Positions 28,380 to 39,458 of a stretch of DNA of 64,000 nt are shown here, piece by piece (position 1 is the stretch's first letter; each line of letters begins with the position of its first letter). The notes under the pieces were generated by a model that was not told the DNA's origin, searched no databases, and worked only from the letters and a program-made list of their open reading frames with translations. The position numbers were made by a program, and so were the translations under genes. Source of the DNA: a bacterium (GTDB lineage Bacteria; Bacteroidota; Ignavibacteria; UBA10030); NCBI GenBank assembly GCA_043803945.1, contig JAZDJN010000048.1, forward strand, positions 24,124 through 88,123. The letters run 5' to 3'.

Positions 28380-30717
28380 GAAATCAATTGACCGTCGAAT
28401 GAATCTGACTCTGCCTCTTTCTCTCCTTGCTTCCTTGCTCTGCCTCCACCACGCGTTCGCCCAAAACGGAGCAACTCCACTGCGCCTTGATCTTGGGAAA
28501 TGGAAAAGTTATACGACGATGAGTAACGCACGAGCAGCCTCCTGGAGTAACGATAGTCTCTGGTCGGCAACGGAAGGCGGACTTTTATTGTACATCGCTT
28601 CTTCCAATCGCTATGTGAAGTACACAAATAGCGACGGATTGAGCACAAACGATCTTACCGCACTAACCATCGATCGGCTTGGCAGAATCTGGATCGGTTC
28701 TTCCGATGGATATTTGAATATGCTGAATCCTAAAACGGGAGAATGGAAAGAGTTCACAGGGATCAAAGACTCACCGAAAATCCAGAAAGCTGTCAGAACA
28801 CTTTCAACGTCCGGCGATACCGTGTTTGTGGGGACGGATTTTGGGATTGTCCTGTTTCTCATGAATCGATCTGAATTCGGCGACACCTATTCCAGTTTCG
28901 GTTTTTCAACACAAACCCGTGTTCATGAGATTCTTGTCGTCAGGGATCGGCTCTGGGCTGCTACTGACTTCGGTGTAATCAGTGCAATGCGCCACGAAGG
29001 TAATCTCTCTTCGCCATCATCCTGGAAGCGATACGAATCGGCTGGAATCCAATCCCTCCAGTCGGCAAAAGCGCTCTGTCTTTTCCGCGACACCCTTCTT
29101 GTCGGAACGAACTCCGGAGTCGCATACTTCAACGGCAGTGTTTTTTTACCCTTGACTGCCTTCGATGGCTCAACAATCATTGACCTGGATGCCGGAGCGG
29201 GTGATGTTACTGCATTGCAAACCAGCAGCACGAATTTCATCATCAAGCGAATCCAGAGGGTCTTTGGGCCTATGGTGATTGTCGCCTCGAATGAGACTTC
29301 GGGAGCAGCCGGCTTAGCTCTTCATCGTCCGAAGAATGAGCTTTGGATTTCTACTTCCTCGTTCGGGATGATGCAGTGGTCAGGCACAGGCTGGATCTCA
29401 TTTCTCCCGAACGGTCCACGCTCGAACCTCTTCAGCACTATGGCGATTGATCCTGCAGGCGTTGTATGGACCGCTACGGGATCTAGTACCAGAGGTCAAG
29501 GCTTTTACCGTTTTAATCCTGCGCTTCCGGAAGGTTCGCGGTGGAAAAATTTTTCGGTCGATCAGTATCCACTCATGCACAACAATGACTATTATAGAAT
29601 TTCGATCGCTGGGAATTCGGTTTGGGCCAGCGCTTGGGGGTATGGTGCGGTGGAGTTGAGCGGTGATTCTATTGTCCGAAGGCTCGATGAGACGACCACT
29701 CCGGCTCTTGCCGGTATTACTGGCTATCCTTCCTACGTGGTAGTGGGTGGGGCTGCTCAGGATTCCAAAGGACATACATGGCTTGTTAACCGTGGTGCAG
29801 TCAACGGTAACCATCTATTAGAATTCCTTGATGCCCAAACTGTTATCTATCGATCCGCTATCGGTTCGGGGATTCTTCATGGGGTCGTAATTGATGGGAA
29901 TGGCACAAAGTGGTTTACCAATGCGGAGACCTATGTAAAACATTCTACTGAGGGATTGATTTTTTTTAATGAAGGTAAGATCATATCTGGTACAGAGAAT
30001 ACGAATGGTTGGGGAGTATTGCGGAAAGAGGATGGATTATTGCCAGCAGTGGGAGCGAGCAATGTTATCATTTCGCTGGCAGTTGACCTTGAAGGCGATC
30101 TCTGGGTGGGCACGGATGCCGGGCTGGTTGTGATCCGTGAGCCGCGGGCCCCTCGGGCAACAAACTCAACCACAGCTATTTTCTCTTTTGCCAATCAGGT
30201 CATCCAGGCAATTGCAGTCGATGCAGTGAACAATAAGTGGATCGGAACAAAAGAAGGCATTGTCGTAGTCAATCAGGATGCGACGCAGATTCTTGGACAG
30301 TATACGGTCAGCAACACGCAGGGAAAATTACTCGATAACGATGTCCGCTCGATTGTGATTGATCAAAAACGTGGCATCATTTATTTTGGGACAGAGAAAG
30401 GATTATCTAGTCTGGAGATTGCGCCGGTGGCAACGGAGCGGTCCTTCTCAACGCTTGACCTTGGGCCAAATCCTTTTTTACTTCCAGCACTCCAGCCGCT
30501 CAGCATCCGGAACCTTATGGCAGAAACCTCCATAAAAATTCTAGCGGTGGATGGTACCCTTGTTCGGGAATTCAGGGCACAGGGTGGCGGCAGGGCGTAC
30601 TGGGATGGGAGAGATGTCCGCGGAGAGTATGTCTCTTCGGGTATCTACTATATTGTCGCGTATGCCGAAAATGGGAATGAAGTCACGACAGGGAAGGTTG
30701 CCGTGGTTCGAAAATAA
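28369..30717 (+). CDS. PorZ-like beta-propeller protein with C-terminal sorting/FlgD-like domain
   Basis: Signal peptide, GKWKSY start, repeated W.GT..GL blades, AIAVDAVNNKWIGT, WDGRD..G..VSSGIY tail. Confidence 0.82.
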   Translation: MQDKKSIDRRMNLTLPLSLLASLLCLHHAFAQNGATPLRLDLGKWKSYTTMSNARAASWSNDSLWSATEGGLLLYIASSNRYVKYTNSDGLSTNDLTALTIDRLGRIWIGSSDGYLNMLNPKTGEWKEFTGIKDSPKIQKAVRTLSTSGDTVFVGTDFGIVLFLMNRSEFGDTYSSFGFSTQTRVHEILVVRDRLWAATDFGVISAMRHEGNLSSPSSWKRYESAGIQSLQSAKALCLFRDTLLVGTNSGVAYFNGSVFLPLTAFDGSTIIDLDAGAGDVTALQTSSTNFIIKRIQRVFGPMVIVASNETSGAAGLALHRPKNELWISTSSFGMMQWSGTGWISFLPNGPRSNLFSTMAIDPAGVVWTATGSSTRGQGFYRFNPALPEGSRWKNFSVDQYPLMHNNDYYRISIAGNSVWASAWGYGAVELSGDSIVRRLDETTTPALAGITGYPSYVVVGGAAQDSKGHTWLVNRGAVNGNHLLEFLDAQTVIYRSAIGSGILHGVVIDGNGTKWFTNAETYVKHSTEGLIFFNEGKIISGTENTNGWGVLRKEDGLLPAVGASNVIISLAVDLEGDLWVGTDAGLVVIREPRAPRATNSTTAIFSFANQVIQAIAVDAVNNKWIGTKEGIVVVNQDATQILGQYTVSNTQGKLLDNDVRSIVIDQKRGIIYFGTEKGLSSLEIAPVATERSFSTLDLGPNPFLLPALQPLSIRNLMAETSIKILAVDGTLVREFRAQGGGRAYWDGRDVRGEYVSSGIYYIVAYAENGNEVTTGKVAVVRK

Positions 30718-30848
30718 AATTTGGTGGGGTGTTGGTTGACGGTGCAATCCCAGTTCGCGCACAATTCGGATTGCTGCAATCCAGCGATAAGCGCAGGTGC
30801 ACAGGACTAGTTCAACAATTATCTCATACGAAGGGAGAACGTTCTACC

Positions 30849-31136
30849 TTGGAAACTATCTATAAGGACGAAATCTATACGAAGCGTGTCCGGGCTGGAA
30901 AACGAACATATTTCTTCGACGTCAAATCAACACGTTCTGAAAAGGATTTCTACATCACCATCACGGAAAGTAAACGTGTAAGTGACGAGAAATTTGAAAA
31001 GTATAAAATATTCCTCTACAAAGAAGATTTTGAAAAATTTCGGGATGCATTGGATGAGACAGTAGATTTCGTCCAGGGAAAATTGCAAGCTCGATGTACC
31101 GAGTTGGAAGCAGTCGAAGTAGCTGTTGAAAAGTAA
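30849..31136 (+). CDS. DUF3276 / PUR-family nucleic-acid-binding protein
   Basis: VRAGKRTYFFDV, ITESK, KIFLYKEDF; TTG start after AGGGAG. Confidence 0.9.
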   Translation: METIYKDEIYTKRVRAGKRTYFFDVKSTRSEKDFYITITESKRVSDEKFEKYKIFLYKEDFEKFRDALDETVDFVQGKLQARCTELEAVEVAVEK

Positions 31137-31172
31137 TTTACCAGACGAGAGTATCAGACCTACCTGTGCAAC

Positions 31173-31201
31173 ACCTGCTTGTACCTGAAGTGCATGCAGG
31201 T
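31173..31201. terminator. Hairpin between convergent genes
   Basis: ACCTGCTTGTAC-loop-GTGCATGCAGGT imperfect stem; weak U tract. Confidence 0.4.
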
Positions 31202-31261
31202 TCTGCCGGTTTACCTCCTAAACGTTCCGGAATCTATGGCGTATTGTTGTGAAGCTTCAGG

Positions 31262-32740
31262 TTATCCTGCGTTGTTTTCGAGAGGAATGATAAGGGTAAA
31301 CGTACTTCCCTTCCGCAATTGACTCTTCACTTGAATTGACCCGTGATGGGCTTCGGCAATCCACTGTGCAATAGAGAGGCCCAGGCCGCTTCCTTCCATC
31401 TTGCTGCTGGTCTCTCCCTTGACACGATAAAAGCGATCAAAGATTTTTGGCAGATCTTTCCGCGATATTCCAATTCCCGTATCCTTTATGCTGATCATGG
31501 CCTGTCCATTAGTGCAGGTCAATGAAAGGGTCACGGTGCCCATGGGAGGGGTGTACTTCACGGCGTTCTCAACGAGATTCAGTAGCAACTGCCGCAGCCG
31601 CGGGGCATCGCCCCGAACGATGGCGCTTCCAATCCGATCGACCTGGACCTTGATCTGTTTTTTCTCAGCAAGCACTCGGGTGTCTTCGGTGATCTCGTCA
31701 ACGAGATGATCCAACTGAACATTATCGAACTGGAATACGAGTCTGCCGGTTTCGGATTTCACGAGTGTCATCAGACTCTCAACAATCGATGAAAGCCTCA
31801 CCAGTTCATCATAGATACTCTCGAGCAGTTCACGGGTAGCAGGAGGGATTCGCTTCTTCCGCAATGCCACTTCTATTTCTCCGCGCATAATGGTCAGCGG
31901 GGTGCGAAGTTCGTGGGATGCATCAGCCGAGAATCGCTCGATTTGCGCAAACGATTCACGCAGCCGTCCGATCATATTATTCAATGTTGCTGTGAGTCTT
32001 CCCAATTCATCATCCACTGTGCGGGCGGGCAATCGTTGATTGAGGTTCTGAGCGGTAATCATTTGTGCAGTTCGGGTAATATCATCGACCGGTTTCAGGG
32101 AATTATGAGCCAGGAACCATCCGCCGATCACCGAGATTAAGAGCGCAAGTGGGGAGAGATAGCCGAAGAGGGAAAAGATCTGATCGAGAATTTCGTTCAA
32201 ATCCTGTAACGGATAAGCGACGAAGATTTTCACATAATCGTTCTGCATCACGGCGAGGCGAAGTTCGCTCTTGTTTTCTCCGGGTATCGTCGCGATTGAA
32301 ATCGATTTGTAGGGAATCGCATTGGATTGCAGTACGAGAGAACCCAGATTGGGCGATCCATAAAGCAGATCCCCGTTGCGGTCAAGTATTTGGATAAAAT
32401 GCTTACGGGGACTCATCAGTGTATGCTGATAGATTTGAGACCAGATTTGATCGATCTCAGCCTCCTCCCGCTGCAGGGTATCGGGAGGCTGTGCACTCGC
32501 TATTTTTCGTAATTCCTGCAATTCAAGAATCGCCCGACGTTTCAAGCGGACTTTCTTCGCCTTCGGCTCGATGAATCCGTTGACCCACCATATTTCATTT
32601 TGCAGTGAGAGATCGAGCGAGTTGGAAAGCGAGGAGCGCGTAAAGAGATATGCCGTACTTCCAAATCCGAGCAGGGTGATCGCAACAAGAGCCGTATAGG
32701 CAAGAGTCAGTTTAGTGCGGATCGAGTGTAGAAACTTCAT
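31262..32740 (-). CDS. Membrane HAMP sensor histidine kinase (CusS/CzcS-like)
   Basis: Two TM segments, HAMP, FSADASHELRTPL, NAVKY, DTGIG, GSGLGL. Confidence 0.93.
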   Translation of the reverse strand: MKFLHSIRTKLTLAYTALVAITLLGFGSTAYLFTRSSLSNSLDLSLQNEIWWVNGFIEPKAKKVRLKRRAILELQELRKIASAQPPDTLQREEAEIDQIWSQIYQHTLMSPRKHFIQILDRNGDLLYGSPNLGSLVLQSNAIPYKSISIATIPGENKSELRLAVMQNDYVKIFVAYPLQDLNEILDQIFSLFGYLSPLALLISVIGGWFLAHNSLKPVDDITRTAQMITAQNLNQRLPARTVDDELGRLTATLNNMIGRLRESFAQIERFSADASHELRTPLTIMRGEIEVALRKKRIPPATRELLESIYDELVRLSSIVESLMTLVKSETGRLVFQFDNVQLDHLVDEITEDTRVLAEKKQIKVQVDRIGSAIVRGDAPRLRQLLLNLVENAVKYTPPMGTVTLSLTCTNGQAMISIKDTGIGISRKDLPKIFDRFYRVKGETSSKMEGSGLGLSIAQWIAEAHHGSIQVKSQLRKGSTFTLIIPLENNAG

Positions 32741-33426
32741 CGCTTACTCTGCGGTACTTCTTTCTCCGACAGACAATACCCTTTCCCACGAACTGTCTGG
32801 AGTAATTTTTTCTCCTGTCCTTCATCGATCTTCTTGCGGACATGGTTGATGTACACATCGACGATGTTGGTACCCGGGTCGAAGTTAAAACCCCAGATCT
32901 CCTTCGCAAGCTGCTGGCGTGTAACAAGCTTCGGTGAATTGCGCATGAGGTATTCAAGCAGTGCATATTCCCGAGCAGTCAACTCGATGGGCACTCCGCT
33001 GCGCGTGGCCTTATGGGTAACGGTATTCAGAAGGAGCATGCCGATTTTCAAGACGTTGCTACTCCTGCTTTCGCGACGGAGCAGCGAACGGATGCGGGCA
33101 AGCAGTTCGTTGAATTTAAATGGTTTGGTGAGGTAATCATCGGCTCCGATATCCAAACCCTGAATAATATCTTCAGTCGTTCCGCGAGCTGTCAGCATCA
33201 ACACCGGCAGTTTGCTTCCCTCCTTGCGCAGGGTCTTCAGCACTTCGAAGCCGTCTTTCTTCGGAAGCAGTACATCGAGGAGCATCAAATCGTAATTACC
33301 GCTCAATGCTTTTTTCTCTCCGACGAGACCATCAGGCGCCACATCGACCTGATAGCCTTCTGCTTCAAGCCCTTGCTGGATGAAGCGCGCTACCTTGACT
33401 TCGTCTTCTACTAACAGTATGTGCAT
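32737..33426 (-). CDS. OmpR-family response regulator
   Basis: LLVEDE, LLDVLLP, GADDYLTKPF, NIVDVYI, TVRGKGY. Confidence 0.96.
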   Translation of the reverse strand: MHILLVEDEVKVARFIQQGLEAEGYQVDVAPDGLVGEKKALSGNYDLMLLDVLLPKKDGFEVLKTLRKEGSKLPVLMLTARGTTEDIIQGLDIGADDYLTKPFKFNELLARIRSLLRRESRSSNVLKIGMLLLNTVTHKATRSGVPIELTAREYALLEYLMRNSPKLVTRQQLAKEIWGFNFDPGTNIVDVYINHVRKKIDEGQEKKLLQTVRGKGYCLSEKEVPQSKR

Positions 33427-33623
33427 AGCTCAAGCACTACTTGGTGATCAATATGCGAGGAACTCAAATCGATGAAACGCCATCGCGTCCAACCCGAGAA
33501 AATGGTACAATAAACAGAACTGAAAAACAATAGCTTATCATAGAATTCATCGAATCAAGAGAATCTGCGAGTACTTGTATGGCCTGTGCAGAAATATGGA
33601 CGATCAGCTTAAGAATTCTTCAT

Positions 33624-33651
33624 TTGATAGTCTCTCTTTTTTCCGTATATT
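33624..33651 (+). promoter_or_regulatory. Putative promoter of the TRAP operon
   Basis: TTGATA-N16-TATATT. Confidence 0.4.
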
Positions 33652-33683
33652 TTTCCAGATAAAAAAATAAACTAAGACACGCG

Positions 33684-34541
33684 ATGAAAAAAACGTTATT
33701 CATTCTTCTCGTTGTTCTCCTTCTCCCCGGCTGTGTTGAGACGATCGCAATTCGAACCGTCGGTGGGATAATGGATTACGGCTTCGAAGCCTTCAATGAA
33801 GAAGCGGATCTGCAGCTTGCCCATGAAGCCCTCGGCAGCAATCTCAAGTTGATTGAGGCGCTGATTAAAGGGGATCCCAAGAATCAGAAACTCCTTCTGC
33901 TCGCAGCGCAGGGATACAACGCTTATGCCCTTGCGTTTGCAGAAGATGACAGTGTTGAGCGGGCCCGAATGTTTTACCTCCGTGCGAAAGAGTATAGCCT
34001 GCGAATTCTCAACCGAAACGCCCGTTTTCGCGATGCACATCAGAAATCTCCGGATGAATTTCAAGCAATGCTTCGAACGATGTCAAAGTCTGACGTTCCT
34101 GCGATTTTTTGGACGGCATTCGCAGCAGCAAGCTATGTGAATATCTGCCTTACCGATTTGGAAGCAATGGCCGACGTTCCGAAGATTATCGCGATGATGG
34201 AATTCGTCATCGCCAATGAACCGACCTATTATTACGGGGGAGCGTACCTGGCGCTTGGAAGCATTGAGGCGACAAAGCCGCCGGCACTTGGAGGAAGGCC
34301 AGAAAAAGCCAAAGAATATTTTGAAAAAGCCATCGCTGCTTCCAATGGGAAATTTCTTCTCGCCACTGTGTACTATGCAAAAACATATGCTGTGCAGGTT
34401 CAGGATCAGGAATTATTCCTCTCGTTGTTGAAGAAAGTCGAAGAAGCGTCGCCCGATATACTTCCTGAGGCTCGGTTGCCGAACAGCGTGGCGAAGCACA
34501 AAGCTCGCGTACTCAGTACGAGAGTGAATGAACTGTTTTAA
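33684..34541 (+). CDS. TRAP transporter TatT component (TPR-like lipoprotein)
   Basis: Lipobox LLPGC; PPALGG.PEKAKEYFEKA; immediately precedes dctPQM. Confidence 0.88.
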   Translation: MKKTLFILLVVLLLPGCVETIAIRTVGGIMDYGFEAFNEEADLQLAHEALGSNLKLIEALIKGDPKNQKLLLLAAQGYNAYALAFAEDDSVERARMFYLRAKEYSLRILNRNARFRDAHQKSPDEFQAMLRTMSKSDVPAIFWTAFAAASYVNICLTDLEAMADVPKIIAMMEFVIANEPTYYYGGAYLALGSIEATKPPALGGRPEKAKEYFEKAIAASNGKFLLATVYYAKTYAVQVQDQELFLSLLKKVEEASPDILPEARLPNSVAKHKARVLSTRVNELF

Positions 34542-34572
34542 CCCTACCAACCATCATGAATGTGGAGTTCCT

Positions 34573-35580
34573 GTGAAGCGTATCGTTTCTCTTGCCTTGC
34601 TCAGTTTTATTATGACAGTCGTTGTGTTTGGCCAGCAATACACAATAAAGTTTGCTACTGTCGCTCCTGAAGGGAGTACCTGGATGAATGTTATGAAGGA
34701 GTACGACGCGGCGATCCGCAAGGAAAGCGGCGGTCGGCTCGGATTCCGGATATACGCTGGAGGTGTTCAGGGGGATGAAAAAAACATACTGAGGAAAATC
34801 AAAGTCGGACAATTACATAGCGGCGGATTTACCGGTGTTGGCATGGGCGAAATAGCACCTAATGTCCGAATTCTCGACTCCCCTTTCCTGGTCCGCAATG
34901 AAGAGGAGATTGACCTCCTCTATAAAGAGTTCGGAAAGGAGTTCGAACAATCGTTTGAAGAGGGCGGCTATGTCCTCCTTGGATGGGCAGAAGTTGGTTT
35001 TGTCTATGTCTTCACAAATACACAGGTCAAGACAACTGCAGATTTGAGAGGTATGAAAATGTGGACGTGGGAAGGAGATCCCGTGGCAGAGACCGCATTT
35101 CGTACCCTCGGCATCAATCCCATCCCGCTTTCCATCACCGACGTGATGACCTCGCTGCAGACCGGATTGATTGATGCATTCTACACAACTCCCTATGTTG
35201 CCATTGCACTGCAGTGGTTTGCCCGGGCAAAATACATGGTCGATGTACCACTGGCCAATGCTGCCGGATCAGTTCTGATCTCAAAAAAATATTATGACCA
35301 GATGCCCAAAGATCTTCAGGATATCTTGATGAAGAATGGCCGTCTTTATATCTCGAAGCTTACTCAACTCAGCAGGCGTGATAACAAAGAAGCCATGAAG
35401 GAACTGAAGAAACGGGGACTCATCTTCCTGGCTGTCAGCGAAAAGGATTTGCAGGAATACATTCAGGTTGGCAACAAGTCGCGCAGAGCGTTGGTTGGAA
35501 AACTCTATTCCGAAGAATTCCTAAACCGGATCGAAAAAACCATCTCCGAGGTACGAAAGAATCAACAAGGGTCGAAATGA
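34573..35580 (+). CDS. dctP: TRAP substrate-binding protein DctP
   Basis: IKFATVAPEGS.W, Y.GGVQGDE, SLQTGLID; GTG start after GGAG. Confidence 0.92.
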   Translation: MKRIVSLALLSFIMTVVVFGQQYTIKFATVAPEGSTWMNVMKEYDAAIRKESGGRLGFRIYAGGVQGDEKNILRKIKVGQLHSGGFTGVGMGEIAPNVRILDSPFLVRNEEEIDLLYKEFGKEFEQSFEEGGYVLLGWAEVGFVYVFTNTQVKTTADLRGMKMWTWEGDPVAETAFRTLGINPIPLSITDVMTSLQTGLIDAFYTTPYVAIALQWFARAKYMVDVPLANAAGSVLISKKYYDQMPKDLQDILMKNGRLYISKLTQLSRRDNKEAMKELKKRGLIFLAVSEKDLQEYIQVGNKSRRALVGKLYSEEFLNRIEKTISEVRKNQQGSK

Positions 35581-36074
35581 ATTGGTTAAAGAAGATCGAT
35601 TTCTTCATGAATAAGATCGAGGGATACCTTCTTATTCTCCTCCTTTCGGTCATGGTCGTGCTGGCGTTTGCACAGGTGGTTCTCCGCAATCTCTTTTCGG
35701 CGGGAATTTTCTGGGCCGATATTCTGCTGAGGAATTTGCTGCTCTGGGTAGGGTTCCTCGGTGCCGCCATAGCGACGAGTGAGGAACGGCATATCAATAT
35801 CGATGCCCTAAGGAGGTTTTTTTCCGTCCGAGTACGATCCGCCGTCGATGTCATAACAGATTTATTTGCAGCCTTCATCTGTTTTCTCCTGATGAAAGCT
35901 GCATGGGTGTTTGTGCAATCAGAGATTGCCGACAAGCGAACGGTCTTTGAGGATATTCCATCCTGGTACTTACAGATCATCATTCCGATCGGATTCGGAT
36001 TGCTGGTTGTTCATTTTATTATACGGTCAATTCTGCGCGCGCACACTGCACTCTCGCGAGGTGCCTCCGTATGA
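35577..36074 (+). CDS. dctQ: TRAP small permease DctQ
   Basis: Four TM segments, QVVLRN, GAAIA....HINID. Confidence 0.92.
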   Translation: MNWLKKIDFFMNKIEGYLLILLLSVMVVLAFAQVVLRNLFSAGIFWADILLRNLLLWVGFLGAAIATSEERHINIDALRRFFSVRVRSAVDVITDLFAAFICFLLMKAAWVFVQSEIADKRTVFEDIPSWYLQIIIPIGFGLLVVHFIIRSILRAHTALSRGASV

Positions 36075-37348
36075 ATATCTGGGTGATACTTCTCATTCTC
36101 CTTCTTGCTTTTCTGGGGGCTCCCTTATTCACCATTATTGGTGCCATCGGAGTTTACGCGTTTTTCTCGGCCGATATCGATACCTCAGCGCTCATCATCG
36201 ACCTCTATAGTAAAATTGCCGATCAACCCACATTGATTGCCGTGCCCCTCTTCACGTTCGCCGGATACCTGCTGGCAGAGAGCAAGGCACCGAAGCGCAT
36301 GGTCGATCTTGCACAGGCACTCTTTGGATGGATGCCGGCAGGATTGGCGATTGTTGCACTGCTTACCTGCGCACTCTTCACGGCATTTACCGGAGCGTCG
36401 GGAGTAACCATCGTTGCGCTCGGCGGCCTCTTGTATCCGGTCCTGTTGAAGGAGCATTATCCGGAACAATTCTCTCTGGGCCTGGTTACCGCATCCGGGA
36501 GTATCGGATTATTATTTCCGCCGAGCCTCCCAATTATTCTTTATGGATTCGTGGCAGGGGTCAGCATCGACAAACTCTTCGTCGCCGGCCTTATTCCCGG
36601 ACTCATCCTCATCGGTTTCCTTTGTGTGTACAGTTTGCATGTGAGTATCAAAGCAAAAGTGCCTAAGACTCCGTTCAAATGGCGCAATGTGTGGGTCACC
36701 TTAAAAGCAGCGGGCTGGGAAGTGCCGCTCCCGTTCATTGTGATCGGGGGCATTTACGGCGGTGCGTTTACTGCCTCGGAAGCTGCGGCAATTACGGCCT
36801 TCTATGCCTTCATCGTCGAGGTTGTTATCTATCGTGACCTTCATATCATTCGGGATATCCCACGGGTGATGAAGCGAAGCATGGTGCTGGTCGGTGCCAT
36901 CCTGATGATTCTAGGGTGCGCGCTCGGTTTAATGAACTACCTGATCGATCAACAGGTCCCCCAACGATTGTTTGAATTTGTGCAGGCTCATGTTTCCAGC
37001 AAGTTCATGTTCCTCCTGATCCTGAACGTCTTTCTCATCATCATCGGGATGATGATGGAGATTTTTTCGGCCATCGTCTCCGTGCCGCTTATATTACCGA
37101 TCGCCCAGCAATTTAATATTGATCCGGTGCACCTGGGCATTATCTTCCTGACAAATCTCGAGCTCGGGTATTTAATGCCGCCGATGGGATTAAACCTCTT
37201 TCTCTCGAGCCTGCGTTTTGAAAAATCTATCTTCCACCTCTCGAAAGCTGTTATCATGTTTATTGTTTTTGAGGCGGTTGCGCTGATGGTTATCACGTAC
37301 GTCCCAGAATTCAGCCTGTGGTTGCCGAATCTGTTGGGAACCCAGTAG
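36071..37348 (+). CDS. dctM: TRAP large permease DctM
   Basis: AVPLFTFAG, FTGASG, GLLFPPS, GYLMPPMGLNLF. Confidence 0.94.
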   Translation: MNIWVILLILLLAFLGAPLFTIIGAIGVYAFFSADIDTSALIIDLYSKIADQPTLIAVPLFTFAGYLLAESKAPKRMVDLAQALFGWMPAGLAIVALLTCALFTAFTGASGVTIVALGGLLYPVLLKEHYPEQFSLGLVTASGSIGLLFPPSLPIILYGFVAGVSIDKLFVAGLIPGLILIGFLCVYSLHVSIKAKVPKTPFKWRNVWVTLKAAGWEVPLPFIVIGGIYGGAFTASEAAAITAFYAFIVEVVIYRDLHIIRDIPRVMKRSMVLVGAILMILGCALGLMNYLIDQQVPQRLFEFVQAHVSSKFMFLLILNVFLIIIGMMMEIFSAIVSVPLILPIAQQFNIDPVHLGIIFLTNLELGYLMPPMGLNLFLSSLRFEKSIFHLSKAVIMFIVFEAVALMVITYVPEFSLWLPNLLGTQ

Positions 37349-37397
37349 AGTCAGAATTTGTTTTTCATCAACTCTCATAATGAAAGGAATTACCATT

Positions 37398-37886
37398 ATG
37401 TTATCCAAAAATATGCTCGATGCGTTAAATCTACAAATTAACCATGAGCTGTACTCCTCGTACCTCTATCTTTCGATGTCTGCCCATTTCGAGGCGGAGA
37501 ATCTTTCCGGATTCGCCCAGTGGATGTCGGCTCAAGCGAAAGAAGAGAATGAACACGCAATGAAGTTTTACCGCTATGTATTTGAGCGTGGAAGCAAGGT
37601 GGTGCTTGAAGCGATCGATAAACCGCCGACGGATTTTAAGACTCCTCTTGAAGTCATGAAGATGGTACTCGAACATGAAAAGAAAGTCACCGCTTCAATC
37701 AATGCCCTCTATGAGCTGGCTCTCAAGGAGAATGACTATCCAAGCCAGATCAAGCTTCAATGGTTCATTACTGAGCAGGTTGAGGAAGAGAAGAATGCTG
37801 CCGATATCATCGAGATGCTCAAGATGATCGGGGATGCACCTGCTGGATTAGTCATGGTCGATCGGCAGCTCGGGGCAAGAAAATAA
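37398..37886 (+). CDS. Non-heme ferritin
   Basis: QIN.ELYSSYLYLSM, EE.EHAMK, HEKKVT, WFITEQVEEE. Confidence 0.95.
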   Translation: MLSKNMLDALNLQINHELYSSYLYLSMSAHFEAENLSGFAQWMSAQAKEENEHAMKFYRYVFERGSKVVLEAIDKPPTDFKTPLEVMKMVLEHEKKVTASINALYELALKENDYPSQIKLQWFITEQVEEEKNAADIIEMLKMIGDAPAGLVMVDRQLGARK

Positions 37887-37900
37887 CTTGATCTGATCAT

Positions 37901-39457
37901 TTATGCAATGCTGGCTGTGATGCTCAGGAGTGAGAGGGGCGGCAAGATAAACTGAAGCGATGACTCACTTGTTATGATGGTATACGCTTTTGGAGTAATG
38001 GCATCAGGCTGATGAAATGTGTTTGCTGTATTAAAATCATCATGCGAGAGTATTTGTGCGCTGGCGATCTTGAGGTTTCCTCCGCGAATGGCACAGGTGA
38101 CGCTGATCGGACGTTCAGGAAACGGATTGACAGCGGTGACGATAAGTTCCTTCTGGTCCCGTGAAGCAGAGATGGAGAGATCACATTCTGAAGCGGGCGC
38201 ATGATCGACTTTCAATGAATGTCGTGACTGATGCGCCTTGCACATCATGAACGCCCAGTATGCAGGTGTGCGGATACACTGCTCATTGTGGGTGAGGAGC
38301 AGAGCGTGAAGGACATTGGCGATCTGCGCGACATTGCACATCACAAGCTTGTCGGCATGACGGTGAAAGATATTAAGGGCCAATCCGGTAGCAACAGCCT
38401 GGCGCATCGTACTCCACTGGAATAACATGCCAAACCGTGATTCGTCTTCCGGCGACGATTTATCCCACAATCCCCACTCATCAATCATCAATCCTGTGCG
38501 TCGCTGTGGATCCGCAACTCCAGTGTTAATCTCATCCAGGAACTCACCCTGCTCAACAATGGCCCTCTCCAGGTCAGCAAAGGTGGCGAGCTGTTCCTGA
38601 AGCGTAGAGGTAGTATATGAGCGTGAAGTGCTCTTTCCCCAGGAATAGAAGTGCATTGCATAGCCATTAATCCGTGCGGCATATTTCCGCTTATGTGCTG
38701 CGAAAAACCGGCGTGTCCATTCCATGTCGCTGCTCTCAGGCCCGCATGCGATGAGAAAGGGATTGACACCGCCGTAGGCTCGAAGATAGGCAGAGAAGCG
38801 ATTATACTGGGCTGCATATTCTTCGGGAGTCATCTGACCGCCGCAGCACCAGCTTTCATTGCCAATGCCCCAATAGGAAACACCAAAAGGCGCGACAGAG
38901 CCATTGGCAATTCTCTCATTCGAAAGAGTACTCCCACCTGGAAAATTACAATACTCGATCCAGTCGCGCAGTTCCTGCGGTGATCCGGAACCGACGTTCC
39001 CAGCCAAGTACGGTTGGGCGCCGATGAGGCGGCACAGGTTAATGAATTCATGAGTACCGAAGGCATTATCTTCAATCACCTGGCCCCACCACAGATTGAC
39101 GCGTTTCGGCCGTCGTTCTGAAGGACCGATACCATCGCGCCAATGGTAGTCGTCGGCAAAGCATCCGCCCGGCCAGCGCAGGACAGGGACACCAAGCTCC
39201 CGGAGATATTGGATGGCCATGGAGCGGAATCCATTGATGTTTGGAATTGGCGACGATGGCCCAACCCACAAGCCGCCATAGACACAGCTCCCAAGATGTT
39301 CGGCGAAATGTCCATGGAGTTCCGGTTTGATGATTCCAATTTCCTGGTCCAGGTCGATGATCAGTTCGCGCTTTTCATAGGCAAGCGGATTGAACTGCTG
39401 CGGTTCATTCATTCCGGATGCCGGATTCAGATTCCACTGTGGGGGTGTAGTAGCCAT
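37901..39457 (-). CDS. GH51 alpha-L-arabinofuranosidase
   Basis: GHFAEHLG.CVYGG, RWPGGCFAD.YHW, FGTHEF, GNE, DEWG. Confidence 0.93.
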   Translation of the reverse strand: MATTPPQWNLNPASGMNEPQQFNPLAYEKRELIIDLDQEIGIIKPELHGHFAEHLGSCVYGGLWVGPSSPIPNINGFRSMAIQYLRELGVPVLRWPGGCFADDYHWRDGIGPSERRPKRVNLWWGQVIEDNAFGTHEFINLCRLIGAQPYLAGNVGSGSPQELRDWIEYCNFPGGSTLSNERIANGSVAPFGVSYWGIGNESWCCGGQMTPEEYAAQYNRFSAYLRAYGGVNPFLIACGPESSDMEWTRRFFAAHKRKYAARINGYAMHFYSWGKSTSRSYTTSTLQEQLATFADLERAIVEQGEFLDEINTGVADPQRRTGLMIDEWGLWDKSSPEDESRFGMLFQWSTMRQAVATGLALNIFHRHADKLVMCNVAQIANVLHALLLTHNEQCIRTPAYWAFMMCKAHQSRHSLKVDHAPASECDLSISASRDQKELIVTAVNPFPERPISVTCAIRGGNLKIASAQILSHDDFNTANTFHQPDAITPKAYTIITSESSLQFILPPLSLLSITASIA

Positions 39458-39458
39458 C

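Noticed and set aside
33684-37348. TatT-DctPQM as a novel transporter
   Set aside because: It matches the already described TPAT subclass of TRAP transporters
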